DNA of 17,578 nucleotides, taken from UHGV virus genome UHGV-0086244. The stretch is one strand, 5' to 3'. This DNA comes from a virus. The position numbers and the translations under genes were made by a program. The notes below the pieces were generated by a model. The model searched no databases. It saw only the letters and a list, made by a program, of their open reading frames with translations, and was not told the origin of the DNA. Positions 1 through 6,856 of this stretch are shown one piece after another (the first letter of the stretch is position 1; each line of letters starts with the position of its first letter).

Positions 1-49
1 GGCGTTTCAACGCCCCATTTTTAATAACTTTTAGTAAATAATTGGCGTA

Positions 50-433
50 TTAATTAGAGTTATTAACAACGATATCCATCTCTAACCGGATATCTAATGC
101 CATTAACATCCCTTCAATTATGCCCTCAGCCTTCTGTAACCTTTTCCCGATATAACCATCAGAGCAGCAATGCTTACCTGCCAGTGACATGAATGTCATA
201 CCGACTACATAATAATCTACTAATAAATCGTGCAAATCGCTGTTGTTCTTTTTCAGACGGGCCATGCACCCGCAAATGATCATCGCGTCATCGTCACAAC
301 ATTGCGGGCGAGATTTTACTTTTGAAGTAATTAATCCCTTAAAACCGGCGGCAATGGACGACCAGGTCACATCTTCATGATTATTAGCCGCCCACGCTCC
401 CCAACGCTCAAGAACCATCTGAATATCACGCAT
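50..433 (-). CDS. quuD: Late-gene antiterminator Q (phage 82 / DLP12 QuuD-type), 127 aa from the ATG at 433; the longer ORF to 448 starts at TTG
   Basis: ORF translation [26 protein letters not shown]... recognised as E. coli DLP12 QuuD-like Q; GGAG about 8 nt upstream of the ATG at 433; sits last in the nin cluster as in lambdoid phages. Confidence 0.8.
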   Translation of the reverse strand: MRDIQMVLERWGAWAANNHEDVTWSSIAAGFKGLITSKVKSRPQCCDDDAMIICGCMARLKKNNSDLHDLLVDYYVVGMTFMSLAGKHCCSDGYIGKRLQKAEGIIEGMLMALDIRLEMDIVVNNSN

Positions 434-518
434 CAACTTACTCCACAAAAATCAGACCAGAACGCCAATTACAAGCAAAAATCAACAAAACAGTATTAGT
501 TGATTGTTATCTCTGACT

Positions 519-659
519 TCATACTCCTGCTCCTGTCAGGGTTTTGGCGTAATTCTTCAGTATTCGGTAATCGGTCAAAACAGAACCGGGGAAACGATAT
601 AAGCGCAGACGCCCCCAGCGGTGGCGAAGACGTTCTGCCATATAAAACTCAAACATCAT
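519..659 (-). CDS. ylcG: Small YlcG-like protein (46 aa), not in the ORF track because it is below the length cutoff
   Basis: Hand translation of the minus strand: [46 protein letters not shown]; its ATG overlaps the rusA stop (ATGA); position between rusA and Q matches DLP12. Confidence 0.55.
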   Translation of the reverse strand: MMFEFYMAERLRHRWGRLRLYRFPGSVLTDYRILKNYAKTLTGAGV

Positions 660-1018
660 TCATTCCCCATTTCGGTGATGGTCAGTTCCAGCCTCCCACC
701 TTTGGTAACAGGCATCTTCACAACGCGGTAATCAACGACCTGAGCATCATCCAGCCAGAAACCTGCTTTAGTGAGTGCGTCAAAAGCGGCTTTTTGCAGA
801 TTATCCAGGTCACGGCGACGGCGATCCGGCATGTGGCACTCAATGCGGATTTTCACAGGCATAGCCAGGCCGATATCCAGCATTGCGTTTTTAATGATTC
901 GGGCGACGTTATCGCGGTATGCCTGCCCCTCTGCGCTGACGTGCGTGCGCCCGCGATTATGGCGGTAATAGCGATTATTGCTCGGAGGCCAGGGTAATGT
1001 GATGCTGTAGGTATTCAC
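656..1018 (-). CDS. rusA: Holliday junction resolvase RusA (120 aa), GTG start
   Basis: Protein [47 protein letters not shown]... matches E. coli prophage RusA from memory; start overlaps the ybcO stop (GTGA). Confidence 0.9.
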   Translation of the reverse strand: MNTYSITLPWPPSNNRYYRHNRGRTHVSAEGQAYRDNVARIIKNAMLDIGLAMPVKIRIECHMPDRRRRDLDNLQKAAFDALTKAGFWLDDAQVVDYRVVKMPVTKGGRLELTITEMGNE

Positions 1019-1305
1019 GCCTTAATAACCCCCTCTTTCAGCCAGATAACCTGTGTTCTCGCCATACCTTCCAGCGCGCATTCTTTTGCATATGCAGCAT
1101 CGACAAAATGTGTGCGGCGGTCGATTTCGTCGTGGCAGGCAGAACATGCAATGGTGGCAATCAGGTCTGGCGGTTTGGTACCGGTGCCGCACAATCCAGT
1201 CAGCCGGATATGTGCCAGTACAGACGTTTCAGAATTGCCATTACATACGCCAGGGATTCTTACCTGGCATTCCCGACCACGCGCTGCTTTTCTCAAATCA
1301 GCCAT
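1015..1305 (-). CDS. ybcO: YbcO-like nin-region protein (DUF1364-type putative nuclease), 96 aa from the internal ATG ([10 protein letters not shown]...)
   Basis: ORF 1015..1344 contains the YbcO-like sequence; the start at 1305 is chosen because it overlaps the ninE stop and matches the remembered 96-aa YbcO N-terminus. Confidence 0.75.
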   Translation of the reverse strand: MADLRKAARGRECQVRIPGVCNGNSETSVLAHIRLTGLCGTGTKPPDLIATIACSACHDEIDRRTHFVDAAYAKECALEGMARTQVIWLKEGVIKA

Positions 1306-1468
1306 GATTCCTCCTTGCTGCCAGTCGCAACCATTTTTTATCAACCAGGCTGGCGGTATATCCGAGCAGTGTTGGTATTTCGGATGGCTTCGGCTCAGGC
1401 TTACGCTTACGACGATTTGATACTCTGTAGATGTGTCCGTTCATGACACGAATAAGCGGTGTAGCCAT
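1298..1468 (-). CDS. ninE: NinE-like protein (56 aa), found by hand translation
   Basis: Minus-strand [59 protein letters not shown]; its ATG overlaps the ybcN stop (TAATG); order ybcN-ninE-ybcO-rusA as in DLP12. Confidence 0.7.
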   Translation of the reverse strand: MATPLIRVMNGHIYRVSNRRKRKPEPKPSEIPTLLGYTASLVDKKWLRLAARRNHG

Positions 1469-1923
1469 TACGCCTCCTGCTTGTCACGGAGCAGCTGGAA
1501 CTCGCAGCTCTGCGGAATAGTCAGGTGGCAGCCAATATTCACCGCCCAGGCTTCAACCTTACACAGGAAGACATACATCTCTCCGGTATCGAGGTCGGAG
1601 GTATGGCGTAACGACTGAATAGTGGTGATTTCACCGGTTATGACATCAACCAGTTCTTTGGTTTCATAACCGAGGTATGTGTGTTTGAGAGCATCTTTTA
1701 CCCATGCTGCAGTAGCGAACGATTTCCCCCTGCTTATGAGGTATTCACTGATTTCGCTGTACCACATGTGGCTGAGTGCATTCTGGGAAAGGCTGCGTTT
1801 CTCACGCCACGGTTTAAGCACCATGCGAAAGCATTTGCCTTCCTCCAGATAAGGCTGGATCTGCTGGCCGATAGCAGTGAAGTTACCACGATGCAATTTG
1901 ATGCCGTCTTGTGGGAGGTTCAC
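1468..1923 (-). CDS. ybcN: YbcN-like protein (151 aa, NinB-position gene), GTG start
   Basis: Protein [32 protein letters not shown]... recognised as E. coli DLP12 YbcN-like; GGAGGTGA RBS 5 nt upstream of the GTG. Confidence 0.8.
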   Translation of the reverse strand: MNLPQDGIKLHRGNFTAIGQQIQPYLEEGKCFRMVLKPWREKRSLSQNALSHMWYSEISEYLISRGKSFATAAWVKDALKHTYLGYETKELVDVITGEITTIQSLRHTSDLDTGEMYVFLCKVEAWAVNIGCHLTIPQSCEFQLLRDKQEA

Positions 1924-1952
1924 GCTTCACCTCCGCAGAGGTCAAACGCTGG

Positions 1953-2084
1953 ATGCAAAAAATCGCAGGTGCATCTCTGCATCTGTGAAGGGAGAAGAGA
2001 GTTTGGATTGTATGTGCGCATAAACGTCCCCGTTTAGCGCAGAAGTCACCGGAGTTGTTCAGGTTCCGGTGATACAATTATGGC
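1953..2084. repeat. Copy 1 of a ~130-bp imperfect direct repeat (partner at 4126..4256)
   Basis: Hand alignment of atgcaaaaaatcgcaggtgcatctctgcatctgtgaagggag...cgtccccgtttagcgcagaagtcaccggag with the second copy shows near-identity with a few substitutions/indels; contains a stem-loop tcaccgga-N11-tccggtga. Confidence 0.75.
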
Positions 2085-2133
2085 GAATTGATGACGGAGA
2101 ATCAATTTTGCGAAAATGACACGATTGATCTAC

Positions 2134-2766
2134 TCAGGCCTTGGAAAGCTTGAGCTTACCCTTTACGTGCAGAGTGTTAATTAACCAGAAGGCCCCGAGC
2201 AAACACATACAATGCGCGCTAGTGACTAACTTACAAATACGAATGCGATTTTCTTCAAGATCAGGAGGTAGCTCTTTCATCAACGCTATAGCGTAGATTC
2301 CATCCTTGAGAATTGGCTCAACAACTTGATGCACGTAGTCACCATGGTTAATCTCTTCTAACTTTATGTTTTTAATCGATTCTGCGAGTTTATCAACCTC
2401 TTCATTTGTAATTACATATTCAATTTTATGAGCGTACTTGTTACGTATTGTGTTGAGCTCAGCCATAGCGTCTGCAAGCGAGACAGGAAGCCCTAACAGA
2501 ACTGCGGCAGACAGCTTTGACGCAAAATACTTATAACTTCTTATCGAATTGTATTTTTCAGAGCCATCAGGTCGTAAGTTTTCAATAACAACCCGAAGAA
2601 AGTCCTCATGAATTAGCATCAATTTTAATAGCGCGGCAGACTCATCCTCATAGTTAGCTATCGAGGCCATTTTATTAAGATCTAGAAAATAGCCAAAGTC
2701 ATGATCGATTTTCACGTAGTTACCCTCATCCGTTGTTGGACTTTGTTCAATTCGAGAGAATTTCAT
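2134..2766 (-). CDS. Hypothetical protein (210 aa) with an R-x4-H motif (IRNKYAH) typical of HEPN RNase domains; candidate toxin or abortive-infection effector
   Basis: Long ORF in an AT-rich cassette; AGGAGG RBS 8 nt upstream; start overlaps the stop of the upstream 58-aa ORF (ATGA); motif LNTIRNKYAHKIEY resembles the HEPN R-N-x-x-A-H signature. Confidence 0.6.
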   Translation of the reverse strand: MKFSRIEQSPTTDEGNYVKIDHDFGYFLDLNKMASIANYEDESAALLKLMLIHEDFLRVVIENLRPDGSEKYNSIRSYKYFASKLSAAVLLGLPVSLADAMAELNTIRNKYAHKIEYVITNEEVDKLAESIKNIKLEEINHGDYVHQVVEPILKDGIYAIALMKELPPDLEENRIRICKLVTSAHCMCLLGAFWLINTLHVKGKLKLSKA

Positions 2767-2939
2767 TTATCTTCCTCCTGTTTCATATATCTAGGGTCAG
2801 ATGCTTTAGGCTGGGTGATGCTATGCTCAATGGAGAAGCCGGACGCGCTCCATGTTGATTTGCCAGTTTGAGCTATCGTGACAACACATTCATTATTGTC
2901 GATGTTAACTTCGCGCAGCACTGGTAACTGTGAATTCAT
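2763..2939 (-). CDS. Small hypothetical protein (58 aa), translationally coupled to the downstream 210-aa gene; candidate antitoxin or partner
   Basis: Hand translation: MNSQLPVLREVNIDNNECVVTIAQTGKSTWSASGFSIEHSITQPKASDPRYMKQEEDK; AGGAG RBS 7 nt upstream of the ATG; stop TGA overlaps the next ATG. Confidence 0.5.
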   Translation of the reverse strand: MNSQLPVLREVNIDNNECVVTIAQTGKSTWSASGFSIEHSITQPKASDPRYMKQEEDK

Positions 2940-3101
2940 TTTCTAACTCCTGTTTAATGTTGACACCGCATTTATGCTGTCACGACACAATTACTTTCTA
3001 TCCTGCTGTGATGCTGCTGACAGCGGCATCCAATACCTTACCTTCTCAGCATTCTGCAAAATCGATGACGAGTCATGACCGGTTCGCGTAGCTCAGTGAA
3101 A

Positions 3102-3710
3102 TTACTGCAACCTTTCCTGACGGAAATATGGTAACACTCGACTCCACTTATCATCCTGCCAAGGCTGGAATTTTACATGTGCCGTTTCTCTGGCGAGGAT
3201 TGCTCGCGCTCTGTTGAGTATCTGGGGATATTCTTGCTCGATAGAAGTAAAGCGACCGGCTTCGCGGTGCTCCGCGACCTGAAGAAGTGGAGTAACGTTC
3301 TGGCAGGCAGTTAACATCACATCACTTGCTCGCCATAACCAAGCAAGTGTGCAAAGTTCGTTATCAGTGAATTGTTTTGTGATTGGGAATTGTTGAATTT
3401 CTCGATCGAGAAGATCCAGCACCCAGCGGCGGAATTCTTTGGCCACAGGAGTACGAGCAAACATGGCGATCAAATGGGCTCCGCGAAGGCTAAATACTCG
3501 AGACTCCTGCATTCCACGAGGGGTGGTCACTTTGACCACCCTTGTCATCAGATCTGTGAATTCATCTGAGTGCCGAGAGTAAATGCGCTGAACTGCTTTA
3601 TCGTCCGCATATTCCAGTGCTAAACCAACTTCAGTGGCAGTAAGCCAAATTCTGTTATTGTGGCAAATCGGGGTAAACGTCGTTTTGTGGAATGCTAATT
3701 GAGTAGTCAT
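3102..3710 (-). CDS. Bro-N / KilA-N-like DNA-binding protein (202 aa), putative antirepressor
   Basis: N-terminal pattern FTPICHNNRIWLTATEVGLALEY...RGAHLIAMFARTPVAKEFRRWV resembles the Bro-N domain consensus (I-R-x-x-x-G-x-x-W-F-x-A-x-D-V-A-x-x-L); GAGGTGA RBS upstream of the ATG at 3710. Confidence 0.55.
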   Translation of the reverse strand: MTTQLAFHKTTFTPICHNNRIWLTATEVGLALEYADDKAVQRIYSRHSDEFTDLMTRVVKVTTPRGMQESRVFSLRGAHLIAMFARTPVAKEFRRWVLDLLDREIQQFPITKQFTDNELCTLAWLWRASDVMLTACQNVTPLLQVAEHREAGRFTSIEQEYPQILNRARAILARETAHVKFQPWQDDKWSRVLPYFRQERLQ

Positions 3711-3734
3711 AGTATCACCTCATCAGGTTAACCA

Positions 3735-3767
3735 TCACCACCAACGACGCCAATCGACTGGTGGTGA
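3735..3767. promoter_or_regulatory. Inverted repeat (caccacca-N15-tggtggtg) just upstream of the Bro-N gene RBS; possible operator or 5'-UTR structure
   Basis: Read directly from the sequence: tcaccaccaacgacgccaatcgactggtggtga. Confidence 0.3.
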
Positions 3768-3865
3768 ACTGTGTAAGGTTGGCGTAACCGGCTACTCAAA
3801 CCCGGCGCTTCCGAAGAAGCCCTCACACAGCCCACCATAATTTGGGCATAGCCGTGCTTAGCGCA

Positions 3866-3888
3866 CAAAAAAACCGCTTAACGCGGTA
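3866..3888 (-). terminator. Candidate intrinsic terminator on the minus strand (5-bp GC-rich stem ACCGC/GCGGU, loop GUUAA, then U7)
   Basis: Minus-strand RNA would read accgcguuaagcgguuuuuuug; lies about 85 nt downstream of the small hydrophobic ORF 3974..4063. Confidence 0.4.
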
Positions 3889-3973
3889 TGCGTTGAGTAG
3901 TATCCCGGGACGCCAATCCCGTGTGCCGATTTTGCGGCAACGCACAGAATATAGCGCCGGATAAATCATGTCG

Positions 3974-4063
3974 TCAACCCCAGTAAATGGACACCATGAT
4001 GATCACAGCCATAGTTGCTACAACAGTTACAACTACCTCAGGCCAAAACATAACGATTTCCAT
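3974..4063 (-). CDS. Small hydrophobic peptide (29 aa, MEIVMFWPEVVVTVVATMAVIIMVSIYWG); candidate membrane peptide
   Basis: ATG preceded by AAGGTGA 4-5 nt upstream; single predicted transmembrane stretch; followed by the candidate terminator; lies immediately downstream of repeat copy 2. Confidence 0.4.
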   Translation of the reverse strand: MEIVMFWPEVVVTVVATMAVIIMVSIYWG

Positions 4064-4125
4064 ATCACCTTTAGCCGCCAGACGAATAGAGACTCCCAAT
4101 TCTGGCTGTCGAAGTAAAACACCGA

Positions 4126-4256
4126 ATGTAAAAAATCGTAGGTGCATTTCTGCATCTGTGAATGGAGATGAGAGTTTGGATTGTGTGTGCGCATAAACGT
4201 CCCCGTTTAGCGCAGAAGTCACCGGAGTTTTTTAGGCTCCGATGACAATATTATGG
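4126..4256. repeat. Copy 2 of the ~130-bp imperfect direct repeat (partner at 1953..2084)
   Basis: atgtaaaaaatcgtaggtgcatttctgcatctgtgaatggag...cgtccccgtttagcgcagaagtcaccggag aligns with copy 1; the stem-loop is retained with one arm substitution (gtcaccggag / ctccgatgac). Confidence 0.75.
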
Positions 4257-4341
4257 CTTTTTTATTTCTAAATTCAAAACTTGAAAATATTAAGATTCGC
4301 TTTTAAATCAACCCTAAACAACTGAAGATAACATCTGATAG

Positions 4342-5301
4342 TCAGCTAATTGCAAAGATATTAAAAATAACTTTAGGGAGTGCGAAAGATGAAATAAAAA
4401 GCACAACCATAAAAATGGCATGCTTAATAAATGATGAGCTTGTAAAAAAAGCTCCTCCCTTGCTAATCCCTGCCATAAAAACAAAGATAAAGCTAATTAA
4501 GCACGACCATATCACTAACAAAACTGAGATTGACATGCTTAAAGACATATCGCGAGAAAATACGTTTACTGAAATAGAAATGAAAGTAAAGAAAGAAGCA
4601 AATAAAGCAATGACACCCAGCATTGAGTTCCTTGCTGTAATTACTTCCGATTCAAAGCTTTTAACTTTCTCATGTATATCTTTTTCAGCATTTGATAATG
4701 TTGCATCAAATTGCTCAATCTTTGCAGTTTGCTGAGATAATGAAGACATTACCTTACCTATTTTTCTTTTAGTATCATTAATATTCTTTTTGCTCTTATT
4801 CAACTCTTGCGAAAAATTGGTTAGTTGATCATTGATATTTTTCCAGAGGATGTTATCAATATCACTTTTTGTATATTTTTTTACATTCTCTTTATTAAAA
4901 GAAATTGTAGATTCAGAATTATTATTAACAAAGTAATTAGATAAAATGGCATTAGAGACAGTATTATCCATCACCGGCACAGTTGCTTTTGAACTGTATT
5001 TTATAGCTTCATGCAACATTTCTTTTTCATTAACAAAAAGAGAGGTTTTTATTAAGTTTTGTGGTGCCGCGTCTTTGATAGATATACTTTCCCGCTCTTT
5101 ATTTGAAGCTGTTGCAGTTTTATTATCTATCTGCAAATTACTAATTTTTTGTACCCCTCCTGTATACGTAGATGTACTATTCGATACTTGTGAATTAGAA
5201 TAAAGTGAATGATGCGCAGTTCTTTTTGCCATGTCATCGTTGACTATAGCATTATTATTTGCAATTCTTTTTATATCCTTTTTATTATCATCCTTATTCA
5301 T
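4342..5301 (-). CDS. Hypothetical membrane-anchored protein (319 aa): polar Asn/Ser/Lys-rich N-terminal region with probable coiled coil, and about three C-terminal transmembrane helices
   Basis: Long ORF in a strongly AT-rich cassette; GAGGTGG RBS 5 nt upstream; C-terminal hydrophobic segments MLGVIALFASFFTFISISVNVF, ISVLLVIWSCLISFIFVFMAGI and AIFMVVLFISSFALPKVIF. Confidence 0.65.
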   Translation of the reverse strand: MNKDDNKKDIKRIANNNAIVNDDMAKRTAHHSLYSNSQVSNSTSTYTGGVQKISNLQIDNKTATASNKERESISIKDAAPQNLIKTSLFVNEKEMLHEAIKYSSKATVPVMDNTVSNAILSNYFVNNNSESTISFNKENVKKYTKSDIDNILWKNINDQLTNFSQELNKSKKNINDTKRKIGKVMSSLSQQTAKIEQFDATLSNAEKDIHEKVKSFESEVITARNSMLGVIALFASFFTFISISVNVFSRDMSLSMSISVLLVIWSCLISFIFVFMAGISKGGAFFTSSSFIKHAIFMVVLFISSFALPKVIFNIFAIS

Positions 5302-5315
5302 TCAGCCACCTCACA

Positions 5316-5981
5316 TTACTGAATTTCATTCACTTTACTTAAAAAGGCTTTTTTTGTTTTTTCTGCGGTATATTTATCTTTAAATATAAAACTCTCGATT
5401 GTATTCACATCGATCTGTTTCACTAGCATTGGTTGTTCTCTGACAAGATCATATCCTGACATAATCGACAAATGACAATTAAATATGGACTGCTCAAACT
5501 CGAATTTTTTATTATACATTAAATTAATATCTTCAATTATTTCGCTATCATTCTGCATGTTGTTACTAAGATAGTTTTTAACAATCTCTTTGTTTGGGTT
5601 GTTGTTTAATTCCGCCTTAACGGCCACCAAGCCTATTCTGATAATATCCTTATTGAGTTCTTTATGGATATCAACCACACTATCGAAAACTTCTTGAAAC
5701 AAATGTAAGTCTACCTCTTGCTCAGAATCCATACGTTCAAAAAACAAATCACATCTCTGCAGTGAGCATTGAACTCTAAATTTATTATCTATAGAAAACA
5801 ATTGGAGACGAGGAATCTCTGGTGGGGTATCCATAGGTAAAACGCCCAACATCATATTGTTTGTTAATTCAATACCTGCCTTCTTTTTAAAAGTTTGCCT
5901 AATAAAATACGACATTCCATCGAAATCGACAGTCGTTGATGAATCGTAAAAAAATACCATTTGTAACTGTATGATTTTCAT
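5316..5981 (-). CDS. Hypothetical soluble protein (221 aa), first gene of an AT-rich two-gene cassette; start codon uncertain
   Basis: Long ORF 14 nt upstream of the 319-aa gene on the same strand; no recognisable motif; AT-rich codon usage unlike the flanking lambda genes. Confidence 0.55.
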   Translation of the reverse strand: MKIIQLQMVFFYDSSTTVDFDGMSYFIRQTFKKKAGIELTNNMMLGVLPMDTPPEIPRLQLFSIDNKFRVQCSLQRCDLFFERMDSEQEVDLHLFQEVFDSVVDIHKELNKDIIRIGLVAVKAELNNNPNKEIVKNYLSNNMQNDSEIIEDINLMYNKKFEFEQSIFNCHLSIMSGYDLVREQPMLVKQIDVNTIESFIFKDKYTAEKTKKAFLSKVNEIQ

Positions 5982-6133
5982 CCTATATTCCAGGTTTCAG
6001 CAATGTAAATTTGGCGCATTATTCTAGCTTACAACAGCAACATTTTTGAAGGGCTTTGCTAAAACTTTTATTCCCAGTGGCATTAATTTCAACCAATAGA
6101 ACCTGAACAGAAAAAAACATAAAAATCAATGCA

Positions 6134-6856
6134 TTATTTCGAAATCTTTTTATATAATGCTTTTCCCCCTTTCAGCCCAAACTTAGCTTTGATTTCTGCG
6201 ATCTTCGCCAGAGCCTGTGCACGATTTAGAGGTCTACCGCCCATGACAGGAAGTTGTTTTACTGGTTCAGGTATAGCCTCACCACGGTTAATTCGTGCGG
6301 TCATACAGGACAGTTCATCGGCAGCCTTGCGCCGTAATTCCGCGTCAGTCAACGCATTGGCCCGCATGTTCTGATACAGGTTGGTAACCAGCCAGTAGTG
6401 CGCGTTTGATTTCCACGGATAAGACTCTGCATCCGGATACAGCCCACGCTTCCGGCAATACTCGTAAACCATATCAACCAGCTCGCTGGCGTTTGGCAGC
6501 CCGGCGGTAACGGATGCTTCTTCCCGGCACCAGGCAACAAACTGCCCGGGTGATGGCAGGAATGGTCGATTCTGCCGACGGGCTACGCGCATTCCTGCGT
6601 TAACCTGTTCCATTGTGGTGATCCCGTTTTCCCGGAAAGCCAGAACCCACTGGCGGCGGATTTCGTTCAGTTCATTCTGGTCACGGTTAGCCAGGCTCGC
6701 CGGGAAAGTTGCCAGTAACTGCCTGAACACACCGTTGATGATCTGCGCTACCTGCTGTACCTGTGGCTTTTCGTCGTACTGTTCCGGCATGTTGTTGGCG
6801 ATCCGGCGCATCTGCTCACAGTCAAAGTTAACCATTTGTGCGGCGATGTTTTTCAT
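6134..6856 (-). CDS. P: Replication protein P (DnaB helicase loader), lambda-type with a divergent C-terminal tail
   Basis: Protein MKNIAAQMVNFDCEQMRRIANNMPEQYDEKPQVQQVAQIINGVF... matches lambda P from memory until about the last 10 residues; start overlaps the O stop (ATGA). Confidence 0.95.
   Translation of the reverse strand: MKNIAAQMVNFDCEQMRRIANNMPEQYDEKPQVQQVAQIINGVFRQLLATFPASLANRDQNELNEIRRQWVLAFRENGITTMEQVNAGMRVARRQNRPFLPSPGQFVAWCREEASVTAGLPNASELVDMVYEYCRKRGLYPDAESYPWKSNAHYWLVTNLYQNMRANALTDAELRRKAADELSCMTARINRGEAIPEPVKQLPVMGGRPLNRAQALAKIAEIKAKFGLKGGKALYKKISK

Noticed and set aside
1-30. Hairpin ggcgtt-N2-aacgcc followed by a T-run at the window start, as a possible plus-strand terminator or part of the late pR'/qut region
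   Set aside because: It is truncated by the window edge and short; it cannot be interpreted without upstream sequence.
500-1446. Plus-strand ORFs 500..997, 771..968, 1053..1307, 1108..1446 and 1112..1420
   Set aside because: They lie antisense to the well-supported ylcG, rusA, ybcO and ninE genes, have Arg/Cys/Trp-rich composition typical of antisense frames of GC-rich genes, and have no convincing RBS.
1973-1992. Short stem (GCAG/CTGC) plus T6 within repeat copy 1 as a minus-strand intrinsic terminator
   Set aside because: The stem is only 4 bp and is disrupted in repeat copy 2, so it is not conserved and is unlikely to be a functional terminator.
1883-2077. 64-aa minus-strand ORF running through repeat copy 1, and the N-terminal extension of ORF 3974..4222 through repeat copy 2
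   Set aside because: The two repeat copies would be translated in different frames because of indels, so the conserved element is not being maintained as coding sequence. Only the short hydrophobic 3' part (3974..4063), which has its own RBS, was kept.
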